DNA from: Rhodobacteraceae bacterium HLUCCA09
GTDB taxonomy: Bacteria; Pseudomonadota; Alphaproteobacteria; Rhodobacterales; Rhodobacteraceae
Direction of reading: 5' to 3'
Length of the DNA: 64,000 bases
Assembly (NCBI GenBank): GCA_001314685.1
Contig: LJNT01000118.1
Span: 2,472-66,471, forward strand
This document shows positions 43,868 through 53,185 of this stretch, in pieces. Made by a program: the position numbers and the translations under genes. The number at the start of each line of letters is the position of its first letter. The first letter of the stretch is position 1. The notes under the pieces are model-generated. The model saw only the letters and a list, made by a program, of their open reading frames with translations. It did not search any database and was not told the DNA's origin.

Positions 43868-45187
43868 TCAGCCCTTGGAGAATTCGGGGTAGGCCTCCAT
43901 GCCGAGTTCGGAGACGTCGAGGCCCGTCACCTCGCTCTCCTCGTCGACGCGGATGCCCATCGTCGCCTTGAGGATGAACCACACGATCAGCGAGGCGGCG
44001 AACGTGAACACGCCGTAGGCGACGATGCCGGTCAGCTGCGTCATCAGGCTGGCGTCGCCGTTGTAGAAGACGACCGCGATCGTGCCCCAGATCCCGGCGA
44101 AGAGGTGGACCGGGATGGCGCCCACAACATCGTCGATCTTCAGCTTGTCCAGCAGCGGAACGGTGAACACCACGATCACGCCGCCGATGGCGCCGATCCA
44201 GAGTGCGCCGAACAGCGTGGGCGCGAGCGGTTCGGCCGTGATCGACACGAGGCCCGCGAGCGCGCCGTTGAGGCACATGGTGAGGTCGGGCTTGCCGTAG
44301 ACGATCTGCGTCAGGACGAGGGCCGTGATCGTGCCGGCCGCGGCCGCCATGTTGGTGTTGGCGAAGATGCGCGAGACGTCGCTCACGTCGCCGACCGTGC
44401 CCATGGCGAGCTGCGAGCCGCCGTTGAAGCCGAACCAGCCGAGCCACAGGATGAACGTGCCGAGCGTGGCCAGCGCGAGGTTGGACCCCGGCATCGGGTT
44501 CACCTGGCCGTCCGGGCCGTACTTTCCCTTGCGCGCGCCGAGCACGATCGCGCCCGCCAGCGCGGCCCAGCCGCCGACCGAGTGCACGACCGTCGAGCCG
44601 GCAAAGTCCGAGAAGCCCATCTCGGACAGCCAGCCGCCGCCCCACTGCCACGAGCCCGAGATCGGGTACATGACGCCGGTGAGGAGCACGACGAAGATCA
44701 GGAACGGCCACAGCTTGATCCGCTCCGCCAGGGCGCCCGACACGATCGAGGCCGTGGCCGCGACGAAGACGAGCTGGAAGAAGAAGTCGGAGCCGATCGA
44801 GGCGTAGTCGAGCGCGGCCTCTTCGGCCGAAACGCCGACCGGATCAAGGACCGTCGGCACGAAGAAGCTTCCGACGTAGCCGTTGAATTCGCCCGGATAC
44901 ATCAGGTTGAAGCCGATCAGCCAGTACATGATGGCCGCGACCGAGTAGAGCGAGATGTTCTTGGTCATCTGCATCGTGACGTTCTTCGAGCGGACGAGGC
45001 CGCCCTCGAGCATCGCGAAGCCGCAGGCCATGAAGAACACCAGGAACCCCGCCATGCAGAACAGCAGGGTCGTCATGATGTATGGGCCGATCTCGTCGAA
45101 GCCCGGCGCCGCGGCCTCGTCCTGGGCGAGACCCATGGTCGGCACGAGAAGGAGCGCCGCCAGCGGCAGGTACTTGGTGAGTTTCAT
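43868..45187 (-). CDS. amtB: Ammonium transporter
   Basis: 439 aa, signal peptide plus 11 TM. FAGSTVVHSVGGWAALAGA and HLFAGIWGT blocks. Confidence 0.93.
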   Translation of the reverse strand: MKLTKYLPLAALLLVPTMGLAQDEAAAPGFDEIGPYIMTTLLFCMAGFLVFFMACGFAMLEGGLVRSKNVTMQMTKNISLYSVAAIMYWLIGFNLMYPGEFNGYVGSFFVPTVLDPVGVSAEEAALDYASIGSDFFFQLVFVAATASIVSGALAERIKLWPFLIFVVLLTGVMYPISGSWQWGGGWLSEMGFSDFAGSTVVHSVGGWAALAGAIVLGARKGKYGPDGQVNPMPGSNLALATLGTFILWLGWFGFNGGSQLAMGTVGDVSDVSRIFANTNMAAAAGTITALVLTQIVYGKPDLTMCLNGALAGLVSITAEPLAPTLFGALWIGAIGGVIVVFTVPLLDKLKIDDVVGAIPVHLFAGIWGTIAVVFYNGDASLMTQLTGIVAYGVFTFAASLIVWFILKATMGIRVDEESEVTGLDVSELGMEAYPEFSKG

Positions 45188-45221
45188 GTGCGAATCTTCC
45201 CCTTTTTCTCTTTGCCGCCGC

Positions 45222-45560
45222 TCAGAGCGCTTCTTCGTCGGTTTCGCCGGTCCGGACGCGCACGGCCTGCTGGATGTCGAGCACGAAGATCTTGCCGTCG
45301 CCGATCTTGTCGGTCTTGGCGGTCTTCTGGATCGTCTCGACCACCTGGTCGGCCATCGACGACGACACCGCGATCTCGAGCTTGACCTTGGGCACGAAGT
45401 TCACGGCGTATTCGGCGCCCCGGTAGATCTCGGTGTGTCCGGACTGCGAGCCGAACCCCTTGATCTCCGTCACCATCATGCCGCGCACGCCGATGGCGGT
45501 GAGCGCCTCGCGCACCTCCTCCAGCTTGAACGGCTTGATTGCTGCAATGATGAGTTTCAC
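45222..45560 (-). CDS. glnK: PII nitrogen regulatory protein GlnK (GTG start)
   Basis: 112 aa. VKLIIAAIKPFKLEEVREAL...GFGSQSGHTEIYRGAEY (T-loop Tyr51). The upstream 42 codons of the track ORF are not PII-like. Confidence 0.93.
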   Translation of the reverse strand: MKLIIAAIKPFKLEEVREALTAIGVRGMMVTEIKGFGSQSGHTEIYRGAEYAVNFVPKVKLEIAVSSSMADQVVETIQKTAKTDKIGDGKIFVLDIQQAVRVRTGETDEEAL

Positions 45561-45679
45561 GTGGATCCCCTTCGGTAGGGCCAGGGCGCACCCGGCCGGT
45601 TCACGGCACCGACAGAGCCGCAAAAGGATTGGGCGCCTCAAGGAATGCGACGGGGCGATGACGGGCTCGTGCAGGGAAG

Positions 45680-45699
45680 TTTGCACAATTTTTGCACAA
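45680..45699. promoter_or_regulatory. Direct repeat TTTGCACAA x2 with 11-bp periodicity upstream of glnK-amtB (candidate NtrC-type site)
   Basis: 45680-45688 and 45691-45699, about 120 bp upstream of the glnK GTG. Contains TGCAC half-site-like sequences. Confidence 0.35.
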
Positions 45700-45870
45700 A
45701 AGGACTGCGACAGCTAAAAAACAGGCAAGTGCGAAAGCGTGCGCAGAGGTCGCAGGCCTCCCCAAGACGCGCCCGAGCGGCTATCAAGCGAAAAAACGGG
45801 GCGAAGCCCGAGTCAGCAGTGCCTGGAGCCGGAATGGGCCGGCCGGGCGGAGGCAGGAAGCGGGGCAGAG

Positions 45871-48108
45871 ATGGCGTCCAACCGGGGAAAGCGGCCGGTC
45901 CTGAAGGCAGACAAGCGCTACCCTTCGACGCGCCGCGGGCGCGGCGGCTCGGGCAGTGGGTCGGGCACGGGACGCCCGGGCGGCAAGGCGGCGGCGAAGG
46001 CACCGCCGAAGCCGCGCCGGCGCGCCCGCAAGGCCGCGCCGCGGCGGCGCCGGGGCCTGATCGGCTGGGTGGCGGCCGCCATCGGCGCGGTGATCCGCGC
46101 ATCGGTGGGGCTGATCTGGCGCGTCGCCCTTGTCGCTGCGGTGCTGGTCGGCGGGGGGGTGCTCTACTTCTACAACCAGCTCCCCCCGGCAGGCGAACTG
46201 ATCGACGTCCGCACCCGCGGCTCCGTCACGCTCCACGACCGGCACGGCGACGTCTTCGCCTGGCGGGGCGAGCAGTTCGACCGCATCGCATCGGTCGATC
46301 AGGTCTCGCGCCACCTGAAGAACGCCGTGATTGCCACCGAGGACAGGCGCTTCTACTGGCATCCGGGCATCGACCCGCAGGGCATCGCCTCGGCCATACG
46401 CATCAACCTGAGCGAGGGACGCGGGCCGCTCTCGGGCCACGGCGGCTCGACGCTCACGCAGCAGGCGGCGAAGCTGATGTGCCTCGGCGTGCCCTACGAC
46501 CCCGACCTGTGGCTCAGCGAGGCCGACTACGAAGCCGATTGCCGCCGCACGACGCTGGGGCGCAAGGGGCGCGAGGCGCTCTACTCGCTCGCGATGGAGG
46601 CGAAGTATACCAAGGACGAGATCCTGACGATCTACCTCAACCGCGCCTACCTGGGTGCCTCGGCGCGCGGCTTCGAGGCGGCGGCGCAGCGGTATTTCGG
46701 CATCCCCGCATCCCGGCTCAGCCCGGCGCAATCGGCGATGCTGGCGGGGCTGCTGGTGGCGCCCTCGCGCTTTGCGCCCACCAACGATCTCGAACGGTCG
46801 CAGCGACGCGCCGCCACGGTGCTGCGGCTGATGCACGAGCAGGGCTACCTGACGGAGGCCGAGTACACCGCCGCGCGGGCCGATCCGGCGACGCTTGCCG
46901 ACAATGCCGAGCAGACGGCCGGCGGCAATTTCGCCGACTGGGTGATGGACACGGGGCCGAGCTTTCTCACCCGCGACACGACCGAGGACGTGCTGCTGCG
47001 CACCACCTTCGATCCCCAGATCCAGGCCGCTGCGGAGGAGGCGGTGCGCCTGATCTTCCAGGAGAAGGTGCGCGACGGTTCCGAGGCCCAGGCAGCGATC
47101 GTGGTGATGTCGGCCGACGGTGCGGTGCGGGCGATGGTCGGCGGCCGCGACACGACCGTCTCGGGCGGCTTCAACCGCGCGGCGCAGGCCAGGCGGCAGA
47201 CCGGCAGTTCGTTCAAGCCGTTCATCTACGCCGCGGCGATGGATCTGGGCTACAGCCCCAACGACACGGTGGTCGACGAGCCCTACTGCATCGACGTGCC
47301 CGGCTCGGGGCAATACTGCCCCAAGAACTACAGCCGCGACTTCGCCGGCCGCGTGACGCTGACCGAGGCGCTCGCGCGGTCGCTCAACATCCCCGCGGTG
47401 AAGATCTCCGAGTTCGTCGGCCGCGACATCGTGCAGAAGGTCGCCGAGGATTTCGGCATCGAGAGCAGCCTCGCCGACGGCCCGGCGCTCGCGCTCGGCG
47501 TCAGCGATTCGACCCTGGTGGAGATGACGGGCGCCTTCGCGGGCTTCCTGAACGGCGGGCGGGCAGTGCTGCCCTACGGGCTGGAGGAGTTGCGCCTTCG
47601 GGCCGAGAGCGAGCCGCTGATGGGCCGCGGCGGCGGCTACGGCAAGCGGGTGATCTCTGAGGAGGCGGCGGGAAAGCTCGTATACATGCTCTCCCGCGTG
47701 GTCGAGGAAGGCACGGGCACGCGCGCCCGGCTCGGCGACCGGCAAGCGGCAGGCAAGACGGGCACCACGCAGGCCGCGCGCGACGCGTGGTTCGTCGGTT
47801 TCACGGCCGATTACGTCATGGGCGTGTGGATGGGCTATGACGACAACACCGCGCTCAGCGGCGTCACCGGGGGCACGCTGCCGGCCGAGATCTGGCGCGA
47901 GGCGATGCTGCGCATCCACCAGGACGACGAGATTCGCCCGTTGCCGATGCAGGAGCCCGAGCCGCCCCGTGCGGTCGTCGAGGCGCAGCCCTCCCCGCAG
48001 ACGTCACAGTCCGGCGTGCGCCAGCCCGCGCCTCAGCCGGTGCCGCAGCCGCAGCCCCAGGAGCGGCGCGGCCTGATCGGCGTGCTCGAGGGCATGTTCG
48101 GGAACTGA
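45871..48108 (+). CDS. Class A penicillin-binding protein (glycosyltransferase + transpeptidase) with Arg/Gly-rich N-terminal tail
   Basis: GT51 motifs ATEDRRFYWHPGIDP and GGSTLTQQ. Transpeptidase motifs GSSFKP and KTGTT. Start taken at MASNRG (45871). Confidence 0.9.
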   Translation: MASNRGKRPVLKADKRYPSTRRGRGGSGSGSGTGRPGGKAAAKAPPKPRRRARKAAPRRRRGLIGWVAAAIGAVIRASVGLIWRVALVAAVLVGGGVLYFYNQLPPAGELIDVRTRGSVTLHDRHGDVFAWRGEQFDRIASVDQVSRHLKNAVIATEDRRFYWHPGIDPQGIASAIRINLSEGRGPLSGHGGSTLTQQAAKLMCLGVPYDPDLWLSEADYEADCRRTTLGRKGREALYSLAMEAKYTKDEILTIYLNRAYLGASARGFEAAAQRYFGIPASRLSPAQSAMLAGLLVAPSRFAPTNDLERSQRRAATVLRLMHEQGYLTEAEYTAARADPATLADNAEQTAGGNFADWVMDTGPSFLTRDTTEDVLLRTTFDPQIQAAAEEAVRLIFQEKVRDGSEAQAAIVVMSADGAVRAMVGGRDTTVSGGFNRAAQARRQTGSSFKPFIYAAAMDLGYSPNDTVVDEPYCIDVPGSGQYCPKNYSRDFAGRVTLTEALARSLNIPAVKISEFVGRDIVQKVAEDFGIESSLADGPALALGVSDSTLVEMTGAFAGFLNGGRAVLPYGLEELRLRAESEPLMGRGGGYGKRVISEEAAGKLVYMLSRVVEEGTGTRARLGDRQAAGKTGTTQAARDAWFVGFTADYVMGVWMGYDDNTALSGVTGGTLPAEIWREAMLRIHQDDEIRPLPMQEPEPPRAVVEAQPSPQTSQSGVRQPAPQPVPQPQPQERRGLIGVLEGMFGN

Positions 48109-48294
48109 CGCACCGCGCCGCTCACCGGAAGCCTGAAGCGTGCGCCGAGAGCCTCGTCCGGCCGGGAGAGCGCGCGCGGCAAGCGCCCGATCCCGACAGC
48201 CCGCACGCCGTGTGGCAACCGGCGGCGGCGCCCTGCGCCCGGCCTCGCCAGAAGTCGGGCTTGGCCCGGCCCTCGCCAGCCGATCAGGAAGCGC

Positions 48295-48693
48295 TCACTC
48301 GGCGGCCAGCGCCGGCGACGGCCGCGGGCGTGGGCGCATCGGTGCCTCGGGGCAGGCCGGGTAGGCGAAGGCGTAGCCGTCCCACACCAGCACAAGCTCG
48401 TCCTCGGCGCCGTGCATCAGCATCGCGCGCTCGCGCCATGCCACCCCCTCGCCCGTGCAGACCATGTCGTAGAGCGTCGCGTCCATGTCGCGCACGTCGA
48501 TCGGGTCGGTCATGCGGCAGACGCTCTCGGCGCCGTAGAGCACGTCGTCCTCGATGCGCAGGATGGCGGGGTCGCCCTCGGGCGCGGCGCAATCGGCGCC
48601 CGGCACGATGCGGTAGCGGCCGTCGTATTCCTCGGCCCCGGCAGGCAGGCCGACGGCGAGGGCGGCGGCGAAGGCGAAAAGGGGCATCGCCAT
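48295..48693 (-). CDS. Hypothetical secreted protein (signal peptide, 4 Cys)
   Basis: 132 aa. MAMPLFAFAAALAVGLPAGA signal-like N-terminus. No family recognised. Confidence 0.5.
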   Translation of the reverse strand: MAMPLFAFAAALAVGLPAGAEEYDGRYRIVPGADCAAPEGDPAILRIEDDVLYGAESVCRMTDPIDVRDMDATLYDMVCTGEGVAWRERAMLMHGAEDELVLVWDGYAFAYPACPEAPMRPRPRPSPALAAE

Positions 48694-48911
48694 GCGTCAG
48701 CCGCCACGGACGGGCGGTAGCGACGCCGGAAGGCAGGAACGACGACGGATCACGGGCACCCACGGGCAGCGCACGCGGATCGGCCCGCGCCCGGGGACGG
48801 TAGCGCCAGGCGAGGGGGGAGACAACCGCGCCTGCCCGTGGCCGGCGCGGCCGCTTCCATCGGCGCGCGAATGCCGTAGGGTGCGCGCGAATCGACAGAA
48901 GGAGGAGCGCC

Positions 48912-49379
48912 ATGCCCGGCCCAATCGAGACCCGCCTTTCCGAGATCGGCGTCACCCTGCCCGACGCGCCAGCCCCTGCGGCCAACTACGTCCCCTTCGT
49001 GCAGGTTGGCGATCTGGTGCACGTGTCGGGCCAGATCAGCATGGGCAAGGATGGCAAGCTCATCACCGGCAAGCTGGGCGAGACCCTGGGGGTCGACGAG
49101 GGGGCGGCTGCCGCGCGCCGCTGCGCCATCGCGCTGCTGGCGCAAGTAAAGGCCGCATGCGGCGGCGACATTGAGCGGCTGGTGCGGGTGGTCAAGCTCA
49201 CCGGCTTCGTCAACTCGACCGTCGAGTTCACCGACCAGCCCAAGGTGATCAACGGCGCGTCCGACTTTCTCGTCGAGGCGCTGGGCGACGCGGGCCGGCA
49301 CGCGCGCTCGGCCGTCTCTGCCGCGTCGCTGCCGCTGGGTGTGGCGGTCGAGATCGAGGGGATCTTTCAGGTTCGATGA
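48912..49379 (+). CDS. RidA/YjgF-family protein
   Basis: 155 aa. VHVSGQ...KLTGFVNS...ARSAV...LPLGVAVEIEGIFQV pattern. Confidence 0.85.
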   Translation: MPGPIETRLSEIGVTLPDAPAPAANYVPFVQVGDLVHVSGQISMGKDGKLITGKLGETLGVDEGAAAARRCAIALLAQVKAACGGDIERLVRVVKLTGFVNSTVEFTDQPKVINGASDFLVEALGDAGRHARSAVSAASLPLGVAVEIEGIFQVR

Positions 49380-50137
49380 CCGCGCCGACGCCGCTACCCC
49401 GGAGCTTTCTCGCCCGTCCCGTCGCACACCGCGCCCTGCACGGCCCCGGCCGGCCGGAGAACTCGCGCGCGGCGGTGCGGGCGGCGATGGCGGGCGGCTG
49501 GGGCATCGAGATCGACCTGCAGCTTTCGGCCGACGATGTGCCGATGGTCTTTCACGACGGCGGGCTCGCGCGCATGACGGCCGAGACCGGCCCGGTGCGG
49601 GAGCGCGGCGCCGAGGCGCTGGGCGCGATCCCGCTGACGGGCGGCGACGAGGGCATCCCGACCTTTGCCGAGGTGCTGGAGATCGTCGGCGGCCGGGTGC
49701 CACTGCTGGTCGAGATCAAGGACCAGTCGGGCACGATGGGGCCGACCGACGGGGCGCTCGAACAGGCGGCGGCCGAGGTCGCCCGCTGCTACGACGGCCC
49801 GCTCGCCTTCATGTCGTTCAACCCGCACGCGGCTGCGGCCCTGGCCGAGGCCGCGCCCGACCGCCCCCGCGGCCTCGTCACCTGCGCCTTCCGACCCGAA
49901 GACTGGCCCGGCGTGCCGCCCGGCCGCTGCGCCGAGCTTGCGGCGATGGGCGACGTGGCGCGCGTCGGTGCGGCCTTTGTCAGTCACGGCCACCGCGACC
50001 TTTCCATGCCCCGCGTGGCGGAGCTGAAGGCGCAGGGCCTGCCCGTTCTGTGCTGGACGATCCGCTCGGCGGCCGAGGCTGCGGCGGCGCTGCGCGTGGC
50101 CGACCAGATCACCTTCGAGGGCTTCGACCCGTCTTGA
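49376..50137 (+). CDS. Glycerophosphodiester phosphodiesterase family protein
   Basis: 253 aa. VAHRALHG...ENS, GWGIEIDLQLSADDVPMVFHD, LLVEIK. ATGA overlap with the RidA gene. Confidence 0.82.
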   Translation: MTAPTPLPRSFLARPVAHRALHGPGRPENSRAAVRAAMAGGWGIEIDLQLSADDVPMVFHDGGLARMTAETGPVRERGAEALGAIPLTGGDEGIPTFAEVLEIVGGRVPLLVEIKDQSGTMGPTDGALEQAAAEVARCYDGPLAFMSFNPHAAAALAEAAPDRPRGLVTCAFRPEDWPGVPPGRCAELAAMGDVARVGAAFVSHGHRDLSMPRVAELKAQGLPVLCWTIRSAAEAAAALRVADQITFEGFDPS

Positions 50138-50201
50138 CCGGCCCGTCTTGACCGGCTTCGCTGCGGGGCCACGTAACAAGTGTCCCCTTGGGAGCGACAG
50201 G

Positions 50202-51400
<1,199 letters not shown>

Positions 51401-51401
<1 letters not shown>

Positions 51402-51688
51402 TGCCCGAGAAACTGACAGACCGGAGCGCGCTAGACCCCCTCAAGGCCACCGGCTGGGCCGAGGTGGAGGGACGCGACGCCATCGCAAAGACCTTCCGGT
51501 TCAAGGATTTCAAGGAAGCGTTCGGCTGGATGACGCAGGTCGCGCTGGTGGCCGAAAAGATGGACCATCACCCCGAGTGGTCGAACGTCTACAAGACCGT
51601 CGAGGTGACGCTGTCGACCCACGACGCGGGCGGGCTGACCGAGCTCGACGTCAAGCTGGCCAGGGCGATGGACAAGGCCGCGGGCTGA
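51401..51688 (+). CDS. phhB: Pterin-4-alpha-carbinolamine dehydratase-like protein
   Basis: 95 aa. [38 protein letters not shown] overlap with the previous gene. Confidence 0.88.
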
Positions 51689-51775
51689 GAGATCGCACGG
51701 GATCGTGCGGTTGACCTTCCACGTGCCGGAAGCTCCACCGCTTCGGCCGATGCGACCCGCACTGGAGACCGACCC

Positions 51776-52258
51776 ATGCCCCAGCCCGTGCTCGCCCGCC
51801 GCTCCTTCCTCGCCGGACTGGCAGCCCTTGCCGCGACGGCGGCGCTGCCGCCTGCCGCCCGCGCGCAGGCCGGCCCGGCCGTCCACGTGCTGAAAGACCC
51901 CAATTGCGGCTGCTGCTCCGCCTGGATGGACATCCTCGAAAGTGCGGGCTTCGCCGTCACGTCGGAGGCATCGCGCGGCACGGCGCTGTTTCGGGCCAAG
52001 GCCGAGGCGGGCGTGCCGCAGGCTATGGCCTCGTGCCACACCGCTTTCGTGGAGGGCTACGTGATCGAGGGCCATGTGCCAGCCGCCGACATAAGCCGCC
52101 TGCTGGCCGAGCGGCCCGACGCGGTGGGCCTCGCCGTGCCCGGCATGCCCTACGGCTCGCCCGGCATGGGGCCGGAGAGCCGCCGCGAGGCCTACGACGT
52201 TCACCTGATCCGGCGCGACGGCACGACCGAGGTGTTCACGAGCTACGAGGCCGCCTGA
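51776..52258 (+). CDS. DUF411 (CopG-like) periplasmic metal-binding protein
   Basis: 160 aa. Tat-like signal RRSFLAGLAALAA. NCGCCSAW Cys motif. MASCHTAFVEGYVIEGHVP. Confidence 0.8.
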   Translation: MPQPVLARRSFLAGLAALAATAALPPAARAQAGPAVHVLKDPNCGCCSAWMDILESAGFAVTSEASRGTALFRAKAEAGVPQAMASCHTAFVEGYVIEGHVPAADISRLLAERPDAVGLAVPGMPYGSPGMGPESRREAYDVHLIRRDGTTEVFTSYEAA

Positions 52259-52276
52259 GGCCGGCCGGCGCGCGGC

Positions 52277-52525
52277 TCAGTGCAGCCGCGCCCGCACGAC
52301 ATAGGCCAGCACCGTCTCTTCGCCCAGCGCGCGCAGCGCCTCGAGCCGGTGATACCCCTCGACCAGCACGTAGCGGTCGCCGTCGGCCCGCAGCCGGATC
52401 GGCGTCGTCTGCCCGTTCTCGAGCATGTCGTTGGCGAGCGCCTCGACCCGTGCCGGGTCGAGCGTCTTCACCCGCTTGACCGGCACATGGATGGCCTCGA
52501 TCGGATAGGGCTTCTTCTCGAGCAT
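52277..52525 (-). CDS. ParB/sulfiredoxin-fold miniprotein (82 aa), Cys-less GYHR variant of the Srx GCHR motif
   Basis: MLEKKPYPIEAIHVPVKRVKTLDPARVEALANDMLENGQTTPIRLRADGDRYVLVEGYHRLEALRALGEETVLAYVV. Start taken at the internal ATG 52525 of the track ORF. Confidence 0.65.
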   Translation of the reverse strand: MLEKKPYPIEAIHVPVKRVKTLDPARVEALANDMLENGQTTPIRLRADGDRYVLVEGYHRLEALRALGEETVLAYVVRARLH

Positions 52526-52613
52526 GGGGCGAGCCTCGCACGGCCCGCCCCCCTTTGTCTCGCCAAACTTCGCCACCGCCACCGCCGCCGCCGGGGCCCG
52601 CGGGGTGGCGCGC

Positions 52614-53102
52614 TCAGGCGTGCTCCAGCATCGCCTCGCCCGCCGAGACTTCGCACACGCCGGGGTTTTCCTCGACGCCCATCGCCTTGACGACGCCATC
52701 CTCGACGATCATCGCGTAGCGCTTCGACCGGTCGATCAGGCCCACCGGCGGGGCCGAGAAATCCATTCCCATCGCCTTGGTGAACGATGCGTCGGCGTCG
52801 CCCAGCATGGTGATGCCGGCCCCGGTGGCACCCGTCTGCTCGCCCCAGGCCTGCATGACGAAGGGGTCGTTGACCGAGACGCAGATGATCTCGTCGACCC
52901 CCTTGCCGGCAAAGTCGTCCTTCGTGCGGATGAAGCTCGGCACGTGGGCGGTGGTGCAGGTGCCGGTGAAGGCGCCCGGCACGGCGAAGAGCACCACCTT
53001 GCGCCCCTTCACCTTGTCGGCGAGCGAAACGGGTTCGGGTCCGCCCTCTCCCATCGCGGTCAGCGTGGCGTCGGGCAGGGTATCTCCAACCTTCACGGTC
53101 AT
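52614..53102 (-). CDS. Prx5-type (atypical 2-Cys/PrxD-like) peroxiredoxin
   Basis: 162 aa. VLFAVPGAFTGTCT peroxidatic Cys block. Overall Prx5/PRXD pattern. Confidence 0.88.
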   Translation of the reverse strand: MTVKVGDTLPDATLTAMGEGGPEPVSLADKVKGRKVVLFAVPGAFTGTCTTAHVPSFIRTKDDFAGKGVDEIICVSVNDPFVMQAWGEQTGATGAGITMLGDADASFTKAMGMDFSAPPVGLIDRSKRYAMIVEDGVVKAMGVEENPGVCEVSAGEAMLEHA

Positions 53103-53185
53103 CTGGGCATCCTTCTCGCGTTGCGTTTCCCGCCCGCCGTTATAGGGTCGTGCGCCGGTCGGGGCCAGAGATGAGGGAGCGGGGC

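Noticed and set aside
45561-45870. Sigma54 (-24 GG / -12 GC) promoter upstream of glnK
   Set aside because: I found no TGGCAC-N5-TTGC-like element with correct spacing between the repeats and the GTG start.
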